Shown here one piece after another: positions 21,433-31,542 of a stretch of DNA of 64,000 nt. The stretch's first letter is position 1, and each line of letters opens with the position of its first letter. Origin of the DNA: an uncultured Nitrospinota bacterium (GTDB taxonomy: Bacteria > Tectomicrobia > Entotheonellia > J063 > CAVPRW01); the NCBI GenBank assembly GCA_963707985.1, contig CAVPRW010000029.1, forward strand, positions 1-64,000. Direction: 5' to 3'. The position numbers and the translations under genes were made by a program. The notes below the pieces were generated by a model that made no database searches, had not been told where the DNA came from, and saw nothing but the letters and a program-made list of their open reading frames with translations.

Positions 21433-21770
21433 GTGCCTGTTATTGCTGAGCATATTCCCGACGAAGCTGTGGTCGTGGGTGGGGGTGCAATCTCCCAGTT
21501 GATATAGCCCAAGGCACCAGAACCCATCCAAGCGGTGTAACCGGGGTGTCGGTGGAGCGTGCGGTCGGATTATCTGTAGCAGAGCTGGCCATCACGATCC
21601 CTCATAGCCAACTCGGGGTGACCACCGTTGGGGCATTCCGTCGGGAGGTCGGCGATGTGGTACGCACCACTGGTAGAAGCCCATATCATGCGACCTTAAC
21701 CGGTCTCACACTGGAACAAGCGAGCAGGTTGCTCACGCCCACCATTCCTAATCCTGCTCGGGGAGCGTAA
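21433..21770 (+). CDS. Small hypothetical protein (possible toxin-like domain); frameshift in a G-run near 21482
   Basis: HIPDEAVVV.GG / NLPVDIAQGTRTHPSGVTGVSVE...IPHSQLGVTTVG...SPYHATLTG. Start position approximate. Confidence 0.5.
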
Positions 21771-21786
21771 GCCTGGGAGGCCGTCC

Positions 21787-22047
21787 ATGCACAAGCCGAG
21801 AGTTTTCGCCGACTTCCATAACGCCGACACACGAGGCCGTCTACGCTTGAACTGCATTGGGACCATAGAAGATTTGGCCCAGCAACAAATTGTGCTGCGG
21901 GATGGCGTCTGTCTCACCCTGTATAGTGAAGAGTTGGAAGTGGAAGGGGTCGTCGAATATTCCACAGACGAACATCTGTGGGTGGTCGTCATTGATTGGC
22001 GTGCGATCAAGGACATAGGGCCTCAAGCCATTGTTCCCGAAAACTAA
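21787..22047 (+). CDS. Small acidic hypothetical protein
   Basis: GGAGG RBS. 86-aa ORF 16 bp after the previous gene. Confidence 0.7.
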   Translation: MHKPRVFADFHNADTRGRLRLNCIGTIEDLAQQQIVLRDGVCLTLYSEELEVEGVVEYSTDEHLWVVVIDWRAIKDIGPQAIVPEN

Positions 22048-22191
22048 ACACCACAGCACGATCACATTGCTTAACTTTGCCTTGCTCTGCTCGTTGGGAC
22101 TACCTGTGAGTGCCGTGTAGGCCTTTCTGCGCGCGTTGCTTTCCAGTCCACCGTGGGGCTGTGGTCTCGAGTCGCCGAGACCAGGAAGTGG

Positions 22192-22410
22192 ATGATGCAA
22201 CTCTCACCGAAGGCTATCCGATTTGTTATTGAGGCCCTTGAACATTATCAAACTCACCATGAGGAACGACTGAGGGATGAGCACGCGACAGAGGAGGAAG
22301 TCGCTGACCTGACGCATGACCACCAATATCTGGAAGCTCTGAAGACAACTTTGAAACAGTACCATGATGGGCTCATGTGCAAGAGGTTGTTCCCTACTAA
22401 GGTCCGGTAG
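22192..22410 (+). CDS. Small helical hypothetical protein
   Basis: AGGAAG RBS; MMQLSPKAIRFVIEALEHYQ...LTHDHQYLEALK. Confidence 0.55.
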   Translation: MMQLSPKAIRFVIEALEHYQTHHEERLRDEHATEEEVADLTHDHQYLEALKTTLKQYHDGLMCKRLFPTKVR

Positions 22411-22488
22411 AAAAGGCCAGCGCCGTTTCGCATACCGGAGGGAAGTCTTTTGGTAGTGATGTTAAGTAAGTTTTGGTCTCCCAGGCGA

Positions 22489-22602
22489 GCCCAGGATGAC
22501 ATCGACCGCCATCGTGAGCAGCTTATTGCTGAAATTGAGAGCAAGCTCGGACAAAAGACGACTCTCCAGGAGCTGTTCTCTATCCGGTGGAAAATCATAT
22601 GA
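22489..22602 (+). repeat. 114-bp direct repeat, copy 2 (helicase 3' end)
   Basis: Matches 21205-21318. Its TGA overlaps the ATG of the next gene (ATGA). Confidence 0.95.
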
Positions 22603-22979
22603 TCATGGAGACCCCTCTCGAAATCACCCATCTTCGCAACAGGCTGCGTCAGGATTTCACGGATAAACTCCCCGAAGCAACGTTTGGCTCTGGTGAAGAG
22701 AAGGAGAGGAACTTTCTTTCTCGTGCACTCGCGGCGTTTGCGATTCGGCGTCTGAGCAGCTGCTCCCCAGAAGACGCTGTGGCCGCAGTGGTTGATGGAG
22801 GTGGAGATAGCGGGATTGACGGTATTCAGTACTCGCCGACCATGCATCAGCTTTGGGTCGTGCAGTCGAAGTTCTTCGTAGATGGCCAAGGTGAGCCATC
22901 ACTTGCTGATGTCAGCAAATTCAAGAATGGGCTTGAGGCTCTTCTACAAGGGCAGTTCGATATCTATAGTGGACTATAG
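22599..22979 (+). pseudogene. AIPR-family protein N-terminal part, truncated by IS3
   Basis: FLSRALAAFAI...VVDGGGDSGIDGI...VVQSKF is typical of AIPR N-terminal nuclease-like domains. Ends at the IS boundary. Confidence 0.7.
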
Positions 22980-24256
22980 TGGACCCCTTTGTCAAGACCA
23001 AAATCCTGTCAGAATAAGTAAGCTTCCTCCCCCTCCTCGCCTTCCTGAAAAGGGGTCACGACCTTCCTTCACTGAAGTGGACCTCTGCGGGTGTGCGGTA
23101 GTCCAACGCCTCGTGGAGGCGCTGGTGGTTATAGAACCCAAAATACTCCCTTAAGCCCCCCTCCAACGCGAGGACCGTGTGATAGTCCTTGAGGTAAATA
23201 TCCTCATATTTCACTGTCCGCCATCATCGCTCGACGAAGATGTGGTCAAACACGCGCCCCCGCCCGTCCATGCTAATGGCCACCTGGGCAACCTTCAACC
23301 GCGTCGTGAAGGCCAGGGAGGTCAACTGAGCACCCTGGTCGGTGTTGAAGATCTCGGGGGGCCCGTGTGCCAGCGCCTCTTCGAGCACGGTCAGGCAAAA
23401 CGCCACGTCCATCGTATTCGAGAGGTGCCAGGCCACCACATACCGGCTATACCAGTCCAGAATGGCCACGAGGTACATGAACCCGTGCCGCATGGGGACA
23501 TAGGTGATATCGGCACTCCAGATCTGGTTCGGCCGGTGAGGCACCAGGCCCCGGAGGAGATAGGGATACACCTGATGGTCCGCTCCCCCTTGGCTGAGGC
23601 GGGGGCGCGGATAGATCGCCTCCAGTCCCATCGTGCGCATCAGCCGCTGCACCCGCTGGCGATTCACCGGATACCCTGCACGGCAAAGCCAGGCCGTCAT
23701 GCGCCGACTGCCATAGAATGGTGCCTCGGTGTATGGTGCGTCGATCAAGCGCATCAACCTCAGGTTCGCGGCGGTTTCCTCCGCCGGCATATAGTACAAG
23801 CCCGAGCGCGGCAGCCCCAACAACTCACACTGACGCCGGAGGCTGAACGCGGCCTGCCCCCGCTCAATCAGGACGCGCTTTGCGGTGGTCGAACTGGGCA
23901 GCTTTTTTTTTCAACCACGCCAGCTCCATCTTCAGCCGGCCGATCTCCTGGTACAACTCCCCTTGCAGGGCTTCCTCATCCCGCGTCCCTTTGCCGCGAC
24001 GGCTGGAGAACAGGTCGGGCAGTCCCTCCAGCATTTGCCGTTTCCACTGGCTGATCTGGGTCGGGTGGACCTCATACTCCGCAGCCAACTCATTGACGGT
24101 CTTGCGCTCTTTCACCGCCTCCAACGCGATCATCGCCTTGCTCTGGGCACTGTGCTGTCGACGCTTCATCGTCATGGCATCTCACCTCTCTTGGCTGAGG
24201 GCTTCCTCGTCCCAGAGCTTACTTATTCCTTGGTCCCGTTTTCAGGGACCATTATA
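22975..24256 (-). mobile_element. IS3-family insertion sequence, decayed
   Basis: OrfA 23864-24175 (HTH). A9 slippery run at 23903-23911. OrfB has WSADITY, ILDWYSR, FNTDQGAQ and premature stops. Imperfect IRs TATAGTGGACCCC.../TATAATGGTCCCT... Confidence 0.9.
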
Positions 24257-25971
24257 ATCGGCCCAAACTGGAGCCACGGATCCTGCTGGAAGACGTCGAG
24301 AAGTCGTATCACGCTAAGCACCGCGTGACTGACTATGACATCTTCGATAATCGGCTCATTTTTGGTGACAACCTCCTCGCACTTAAAGCGCTCGAACAAG
24401 AATTTACTGGAAAAATCCAGTGTATTTACATTGATCCTCCGTTCAACACTGGTCAAGCGTTCGATCATTATGATGATGGTATAGAGCATTCGCTCTGGCT
24501 CAGTCTTATGAGAGATCGTTTGGAATTGCTTCAGCGTCTTCTTGCCGAAGGAGGTCTATTCTGGATTCACCTTGACGACTCGGAAGTTCATTATTGTAAA
24601 GTTTTGCTTGATGATATCTTTTTGAGAAGTAATTTCGTAGCTCATATCACTTATGAACGTTCAGGGGCAGCAGGATTAGGGCTTGGTGGATTCATAGTTA
24701 ATACGGGCGAGAACATATTACTATACAAAAAAGGGTCACTTCCAACGAGGAAGGTTCTCTCATACCAAAACTTAGATGAGAAGACTATGAAGCGTTACAA
24801 TAAAGCACTCGTTGATGAAGGAAGAAGAAAACTGGTTGCCGAGTTTATAGCAAAGTCAAACGGTCTTCCCGTTCGTCTGTATAAACACTCTAATTTCAAT
24901 GTTAAGACTATATCATTGAATAAATTTAAGAGTCGTGAAGAAGAGATATATTCAGAATTTTCCTACCACTTCGATAAACTTTTCAGGACTAATCAGATTC
25001 AGAAAGAGAATCTCTTTCAACGGGATTTAGTTAGTCGTATGGATAAGAGTTCCCTTTATACTGTGGACTATATTCCAAGTCGAGGGAAGAACGAAGGGAA
25101 ACTAACGACTCTTTACTACTTTAACGCGGAGTTGTTTGCATGGCTTAAGGATACCGCACAAATTGAGGATGGCCAGATTGTTAAGTCAACAAGCATAACA
25201 AATGTCTGGACACATGCAGAGATCCCCAAGGCAGATATTGCGAACGAAGGTGGTGTGGACTTCCCACGGGGTAAAAAACCTGAGCAGCTCCTACGTAGGA
25301 TAATCGAGATGTCCACCGACTTGGGCGACTGGGTTCTTGACTCTTTCGCTGGCTCTGGCACGACCGGCGCAGCAGCACAGAAAATTGGTAGACGTTGGAT
25401 TATGGTTGAACTAGGTGAACATTGCCATACCCATATTGTTCCGCGATTAAAGTCCGTTATCGATGGAATAGATAAGTTAGGAATTTCAAAAGCCGCTGAC
25501 TGGAGAGGAGGAGGGGGATTTCGCTACTTCCGGCTTGCACCTTCGTTGCTGGAAAAGGACAAGTGGGGCAACTGGGTGATTAACAAGGAATACAACGCCG
25601 CCATGCTGGCTGAAGCTGTCTCCAAACTGGAAGGCTTCATCTATGCCCCGAGCGAGGCGGTTTACTGGCAGCACGGCTACTCCACGGAGCGCGATTTCAT
25701 CTATGTGACCACGCGGGCGCTGCGACACGATCAGCTCCAGCAGCTCAGCGATGAAGTAGGCGAACACCGCTCATTACTCGTCATGTGCGCCGCGTTCCGC
25801 GGCAAGCCAGAGAGATATCCGAACCTCACCATCAAGAAGATCCCCCAAACCGTCCTCGCCCGCTGTGAATGGGGCCACGACGACTACAGCCTGCAGGTGG
25901 AAAACCTTCCCAAAGCCCTTCTGCAATCAGAACAAAAGACTCTCGAATTGGTTCAGGATGGAGGTCGCTAA
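24257..25971 (+). CDS. mod: Type III restriction-modification methyltransferase (Mod); native start removed by IS3
   Basis: RPKLEPRILLED begins right at the IS end. GDNLLALKAL, IYIDPPFNTG, KKPEQLLRRII, LDSFAGSGTT. Possible alternative GTG start at 24325. Confidence 0.9.
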
Positions 25972-28667
25972 TGCACAGGCAGGTCAATGCTATTGCTGGT
26001 CGCCTGAGCTTGCGACCGCCACAGCGCCGATCGCTGGAAATTCTGGACCGTGTGACAGAGATTGTGCCGCCGCACAAAGCGAGGGATCTCAACACTGCAC
26101 TGGCAACCATTCATAGTGAATTTCCTACGGTGGCCGACTTCGAGCGTGAGTTCCCTTCCCTCTGTTTTGCTCTGGCCACCGGCGTAGGCAAGACACGGCT
26201 GATGGGTGCCTTCATCAGCTATTTACACCTCGCGCACGCGATCGACAACTTCTTTGTGCTGGCACCAAACCTGACCATCTACAACAAGCTGATTACCGAC
26301 TTCACGCCGAACACGCCGAAATACGTCTTCAAGGGCATAGCTGAGTTCGCCACTGAGCCGCCGGAAATCATCACTGGAGATGACTACCAGCACAGAGCTG
26401 GGACACTTTTCGATCAACTCCTCAGGGTGAAGGTTAACATCTTCAACATTTCGAAGATCAACTCAGAAGTGCGTGGTGGAAGAGCACCGCGCATCAAGCG
26501 GCTCTCTGAGTACATCGGTGAGAGCTACTTCGACTATCTGGCAAACCTCAAAGATCTTGTGCTCATTATGGATGAGTCACATCGTTACCGCGCTTCGGCT
26601 GGCGTGCGTGCCCTCAACGAGCTGCATCCGGTGCTTGGTTTGGAGCTCACCGCTACACCGTTCGTGGAAACTAGCCGTGGGGCGATACCGTTCAAGAACG
26701 TCATCTATGATTACCCACTGGCCCAAGCATTGGCCGATGGCTTTGTCAAAGAGCCGGCCGTCGTAACTCAGAAGAATTTCGATGCTAGTCAGTTCACACC
26801 GGCTCAGCTGGAGGAGATCAAGCTGCAGGACGGCATCCGGCTGCACGAGAACACCAAGGTCGAGCTGGAGACCTATGCACGACAGACAGGGCAGCTTATC
26901 GTCAAGCCGTTCCTGCTGGTCATCGCCCGAGATACGACTCACGCGAGCCAATTACTACAGCTCATGCAGTCGGACCAGTTCTTCGAGGGGCGCTATAGGG
27001 ATAAGGTCATTCAGGTGGATTCCAGCAGGACCGGTGCAGAGGAGGACGAGATGGTCCAGCGCCTGCTCGCCGTGGAAAGTACTGCCGAACCCACGGAAAT
27101 TGTGATTCATGTCAACATGTTGAAGGAAGGATGGGACGTTACCAACCTCTATACGATCGTGCCGCTCCGTGCCGCCAACGCACGTATTTTGATCGAGCAA
27201 TCCATCGGCCGGGGGCTACGGTTGCCATACGGTAAACGAGCCGGCGTGGCGGCTGTGGACCGCCTGAGCATCGTGGCTCACGACAAGTTTCAGGAGATTA
27301 TCGACGAAGCGAACAGGCCGGATTCGACTATTCGGCTGCAACAGGTCATCATCGACCCCACCCAAGATTTACAGAGGCTGGTCACGGTCGTTTCTCAGTC
27401 CAACATCGAGGCGCAGATTACCGCATCTATGCCTTCTCCGGTCGCTAGTCCTGTGTCTTCCGCGTCGCCGCAACCAATCTTCACCAATGAGATCGAGCGC
27501 AAGATCGCTCAGGTAACGTATGACATCATTAGGCGGCACGAGAACCTGCCCGGTTCGGCTTATCTGCTGCAAGATGACATACAGCAGTCAATGGTACGGG
27601 AAGTTGAAGAAGCTCTAGCCCCGGTGCAACTGGAGATCGCTGGCATCGACGAGAGGCCGGATATCGCCACGATTGTTCAACAGACCACCAGCATGGTTGT
27701 GAATCAAACCATCGACATTCCTCGCATTCTTGTCGTCCCAAAGGGCGAGGTCAGCAGCGGTTTTCAGCCATTTTCTTTGGATACGTCGGGCATCCACTAT
27801 CAACCCGTGGACAGAGATCTGCTCATCCAGCATCTGCGCACGCACGAACAGGAAACCTTGAGCTTCAGCGGAAATCAGCATCAGGAACCACGCCTTGAGG
27901 ATTACCTCGTCCGCGGCCTCATCGATTTCGATGACATCTCCTATGATGACCATGCCGACTTGCTCTACGACCTCGCTGGGCAGATGGTGAAGCACCTCCT
28001 GAGTTACCTCTCAGAAGAAGAGACCAGGGACGTGTTGATTTATCACCAGAGGCAACTGGTCGAATTCATACACGCACAAATGCGGGTCCACTATTGGGAG
28101 AAGGTTCCGGGGTATGACGTGGTCGTCCGCAAGGGATTCACGGAGCTAAGGCCGAGCGCGTTCACAGCCGCCACAACTGAGTCAATTCGCGATTTTCGGC
28201 AGACTGTGCAGGATCGAAGCAGGATCGCCCAGATGCTCTTCGGCGGCTTTCAGGGCTGCCTCTATTCCATCCAGAAGTTCCAGTCCGACTCTGAGCGGAA
28301 ACTGGCGATCATCCTGGATCGAGAAGCCTTGAAATGGTTCAAGCCAGCCAGAAGCCAGTTCCAGATGCACTACAAGCTAGGTGCCGACCATCTGGAATAC
28401 CAGCCAGACTTCGTGGCGGAGGCAGCCGACTGCATCTACATGCTCGAAGCCAAGGCCCGCAATGACATGCAGGATGCCGAGGTGCAGGCCAAGAAAGACG
28501 CTGCTGTGCAGTGGTGCAGCCACGCGACGAGTCACACGGTGAGCCATGGTGGCAAGCCGTGGACATATTTATTGATTCCCCATGATGCCATTTCGGAGAA
28601 CATGACGCTGGCGGGTTTGGCCAATCAATTCTGCGTTGACGAACGCCAAAGTGTTCCCATCGGATAA
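25971..28667 (+). CDS. res: Type III restriction enzyme Res subunit
   Basis: ATGVGKT, DESH, LTATP, LKEGWDV, EQSIGRGLR and C-terminal PDFVAE...LEAK nuclease motif. TAATG overlap with mod. Confidence 0.92.
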   Translation: MHRQVNAIAGRLSLRPPQRRSLEILDRVTEIVPPHKARDLNTALATIHSEFPTVADFEREFPSLCFALATGVGKTRLMGAFISYLHLAHAIDNFFVLAPNLTIYNKLITDFTPNTPKYVFKGIAEFATEPPEIITGDDYQHRAGTLFDQLLRVKVNIFNISKINSEVRGGRAPRIKRLSEYIGESYFDYLANLKDLVLIMDESHRYRASAGVRALNELHPVLGLELTATPFVETSRGAIPFKNVIYDYPLAQALADGFVKEPAVVTQKNFDASQFTPAQLEEIKLQDGIRLHENTKVELETYARQTGQLIVKPFLLVIARDTTHASQLLQLMQSDQFFEGRYRDKVIQVDSSRTGAEEDEMVQRLLAVESTAEPTEIVIHVNMLKEGWDVTNLYTIVPLRAANARILIEQSIGRGLRLPYGKRAGVAAVDRLSIVAHDKFQEIIDEANRPDSTIRLQQVIIDPTQDLQRLVTVVSQSNIEAQITASMPSPVASPVSSASPQPIFTNEIERKIAQVTYDIIRRHENLPGSAYLLQDDIQQSMVREVEEALAPVQLEIAGIDERPDIATIVQQTTSMVVNQTIDIPRILVVPKGEVSSGFQPFSLDTSGIHYQPVDRDLLIQHLRTHEQETLSFSGNQHQEPRLEDYLVRGLIDFDDISYDDHADLLYDLAGQMVKHLLSYLSEEETRDVLIYHQRQLVEFIHAQMRVHYWEKVPGYDVVVRKGFTELRPSAFTAATTESIRDFRQTVQDRSRIAQMLFGGFQGCLYSIQKFQSDSERKLAIILDREALKWFKPARSQFQMHYKLGADHLEYQPDFVAEAADCIYMLEAKARNDMQDAEVQAKKDAAVQWCSHATSHTVSHGGKPWTYLLIPHDAISENMTLAGLANQFCVDERQSVPIG

Positions 28668-28819
28668 GATGGCAACCGCCTAGGCTTTCCCGAAGTCACC
28701 CTCACCTAGGGGGACCCTCAGAGTGTGCAGCGAGCGCCCGCCGGCAAGCTCCCAAATCCTCACCGTCCCGTCATCGGAACCTGATACTCGGCACCGGCCT
28801 TCATCGAGGCGTTGAGCTT

Positions 28820-28895
28820 CCCTCACCCCGGCCCTCTCCTGGAGTAGGGAGGAGGTAGTGCCATCGCCTAAACCCTCACCGCTCTCCCGAGGGAA
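28820..28895. repeat. REP-like palindromic elements (CCCTCACC...CTCTCC...GGGA type)
   Basis: Two degenerate units between convergent genes, related to the element at 32627-32660. Confidence 0.5.
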
Positions 28896-29045
28896 CCAGG
28901 TCAGTGTCGTGTCTGAAAAAACCTACCCTTGTGAGCAGAGGGAGAGGGGGTACAAGGTGCATCACTGGCGGTTGCCATCCTTATCCTGGCACCTATGCCC
29001 GGAGGAGAAGGGATTCAGGTGAGGGTGAAATGACAGCATCTGGTC

Positions 29046-30092
29046 CTATGTGTTCAGAGTCGTCCGAAAATAAATGTCCTCGAGCCGCAAGGGCTTGGTG
29101 AGCAATCCATGCTCTAGAGAGCCCTGGATGGCGCGCTCGATGTTCTTCCCCATGGCCCGCAGCCCAACAGGATAGGGGTCGTCCCCCAAGACAGCCGCTT
29201 GTTCCTGAAAATCTTTGCCCGGGAAGTATAGGTACGCCGACTGGGAGCGTCGGGCCCGTTCATAGGCCACGGCTTTGGACTGCTGGAAGGCGTTGTACAG
29301 CTCCAGGGCCACCCAGGGGTGCTCCTGGAGAATACGGTTTTGCACGATCACGTTGTGATTGCAATGGAAAAATCCGGTCTTCCGGTAGTATTCATACACC
29401 ACGCCCTTGCCGTTGTCCTCCAGTAATTTCCGCAGACGCGGGTTGCCATGGACGGGCGTCCCACCATAGCGATCGATCACCGTCGGATCACCCGCGGTGA
29501 CACGGCCTTCACTGCGGATCGCGGTGCAGGCATCGATGTCGCCGCGGTCGAGCATGACGTCCAAGGTTTGATCCACGGTCAGCCAGTGGTGGGTGACCCC
29601 CACCGGTCCGGCCCTATCCAGACCGAGCGCCCCCCCATGGCTGAGCTCCTTGGTGCGGCCGTTGTACCAGATGTTGTCCTTGGCCTCGATGCCATACAGA
29701 TCCTTGAGCGTGATGCGAAACCACAGGGCGGCCGTCATATCATAATCGGGAACCCCGATCTTCTTGCCCTTCATGTCCGCCAGACTGGTGATGCCCGACG
29801 CAGCATTGACGTAGAGATTGGGCCAGACGTGCCCACGGCTCAGGAACACCGGCAAGGCCGACCAATCCCACTTGCCCTGCCCATACTGCTCACGCCGCTC
29901 TTTGGCTAGGAGCGTCTCTGAAATGGACATCTCGGAGACGTCGAATTCGTCATAGAACAGGTTGCGCTGAAACAGCGCGCTGGCGTCGAGCGTGACACAA
30001 TTCAGCTCGATATTCTGCGGTTTGACCGTCCCATCCTTCAGGGGTTGGATACGTGGATTGTCGGAGAAGGCCATCGTCAGTCGGAGTGCCAT
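29046..30092 (-). CDS. 4,5-dihydroxyphthalate decarboxylase-like / periplasmic-binding-fold protein
   Basis: PLKDGTVKP..IEL, EFDVSEMS, ALPVFLSR, GKKIGVPDYDMTAALW, DDPYPVGL. Confidence 0.75.
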   Translation of the reverse strand: MALRLTMAFSDNPRIQPLKDGTVKPQNIELNCVTLDASALFQRNLFYDEFDVSEMSISETLLAKERREQYGQGKWDWSALPVFLSRGHVWPNLYVNAASGITSLADMKGKKIGVPDYDMTAALWFRITLKDLYGIEAKDNIWYNGRTKELSHGGALGLDRAGPVGVTHHWLTVDQTLDVMLDRGDIDACTAIRSEGRVTAGDPTVIDRYGGTPVHGNPRLRKLLEDNGKGVVYEYYRKTGFFHCNHNVIVQNRILQEHPWVALELYNAFQQSKAVAYERARRSQSAYLYFPGKDFQEQAAVLGDDPYPVGLRAMGKNIERAIQGSLEHGLLTKPLRLEDIYFRTTLNT

Positions 30093-30236
30093 GGCGTACC
30101 CTCCTGGTACCGGTGATGTGATCGCTGATCGCCACCGCCCGCTGGCCGTCTACACCATGGCCAGCGAGCTCCGAGCTCAACGGTGATACGACGGGTGAAG
30201 TGACTGTATGCGTCCCAGGCAATCGTCTGGGACGCC

Positions 30237-31427
30237 CTAGGCCCCGCTTGCAGCCAGGGCCTCCTCATGTGGGAAGTAAACCGAGGTGCTGGGAAGCTCA
30301 GCGGGGGTGAGACCGAACCAGGCGATCGCATTGCGGCCCAGGACGCGACGCTTCTGCTCGTCGGTCAGGCCTGGAATGGACGCCAGCATACGCACTGACT
30401 CGGGGAACTCGCAATCCCAGTGAGGATAGTCGGAAGCGTACATGACCAGATGCGGGCCCATGGTGTCGAGCACGTACGGGAGGATCTCCTCCTCGGGCTC
30501 GCAGGTAAGAGCCACCTGGCCACTGGCGATGATCTCCGAGGGTTTGCGCTGGCAGAGGTGCCACTGCGGCCGCAGCTTCTCGAAATGCTCGTCCAGTCGC
30601 TGGGTCCAGAAAGGCAGCCAGCCACAGGCGCCCTCGACATACGCAACTTTGAGGCGGGGATAGCGGTCGAAGACACCCTCGCCGATCATGTGCATCAGCG
30701 CGATCATGGGCTCAAAAGCGAAGGCTGTCATGTGCACATAGCTATACTTTTCCATACGCTCGGAACCCGCCCCCATGGTCCCCCAAACCCCGTATTGGCC
30801 GTCATGGCCGGTCTGCGGGTGCACCGAAAGCGGCAGGCCGGCGGCCTCAGCAAGCTCGTAGATCGGATCGAAGCGGCGGTCGCCGAGGTTGATGCCGAAT
30901 ACGTTGACCGGGAGCATGGCGCTGACAATGCCATCCTTGCGATGCTGGATGAGCCGGTCCAGCTCCTTGACAGCCGAAGGCGGGTCCTGGCAGGGGATGA
31001 GGCCAACCCCCTTCAGGCGCTTCGGATCGATCGGCAAGTATTCCTCCAGAAGCCAGCGGTTGACCGCACGACACAGAACTCCAGCTAGCTCCTTGTCGCG
31101 CAGGCCGTTGACGGAAAGGGCCACGCGGGTGCCAAAGATAATGGCGACGTCGATCCCCTCCTGGTCCATGTCCGTCAGGCGCTGCCGGGCGTCGCGATCG
31201 CCGGGCCGGCCTCCCCTGATGTGCGGTGCAAAGGGACCGCTGACGCCCGGCCCCAAGCCCTCGGTACGGGTTGACAGGCGTCCTTCTACATACATCCGCG
31301 AGGTGCCGTGACGATCGCTAAAGCCTACAGGCGCTCGATGGTGGTAATCCTTGGGCATCCAGGGTGTTAGATCCTCCCAGGGCTCGTTGCAGTGACCATC
31401 GGCGTCGATGACGAGGTCAGTGTGCAT
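30237..31427 (-). CDS. Amidohydrolase family 2 protein
   Basis: IDADGH, DMDQEGID, GVFDRYPRLK, YASDYPHWD. Confidence 0.92.
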   Translation of the reverse strand: MHTDLVIDADGHCNEPWEDLTPWMPKDYHHRAPVGFSDRHGTSRMYVEGRLSTRTEGLGPGVSGPFAPHIRGGRPGDRDARQRLTDMDQEGIDVAIIFGTRVALSVNGLRDKELAGVLCRAVNRWLLEEYLPIDPKRLKGVGLIPCQDPPSAVKELDRLIQHRKDGIVSAMLPVNVFGINLGDRRFDPIYELAEAAGLPLSVHPQTGHDGQYGVWGTMGAGSERMEKYSYVHMTAFAFEPMIALMHMIGEGVFDRYPRLKVAYVEGACGWLPFWTQRLDEHFEKLRPQWHLCQRKPSEIIASGQVALTCEPEEEILPYVLDTMGPHLVMYASDYPHWDCEFPESVRMLASIPGLTDEQKRRVLGRNAIAWFGLTPAELPSTSVYFPHEEALAASGA

Positions 31428-31542
31428 AGAGGGTTCCTCCTTCCGTCCTCACACGAACGTCTGAGCTCAGCTCAAACATGGCAATCTTCTGGTTGCAGCG
31501 CGATACGCTCGCTCAAGGTGGGCCCTGCGCTCCGATGGCCTC

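Noticed and set aside
21205..22602. CRISPR array or prophage att sites
   Set aside because: Only two 114-bp copies, which are coding-derived. No spacers, cas genes, integrase or phage genes.
23179..24054. 291-aa plus-strand ORF and similar long antisense ORFs (e.g. 2048-2887, 52465-53550)
   Set aside because: Shadow ORFs opposite recognisable genes in high-GC DNA.
19612..28667. DISARM or BREX system
   Set aside because: No DUF1998, phospholipase D, PglZ or BrxC-like genes were recognised. The Mod/Res motifs indicate Type III RM.
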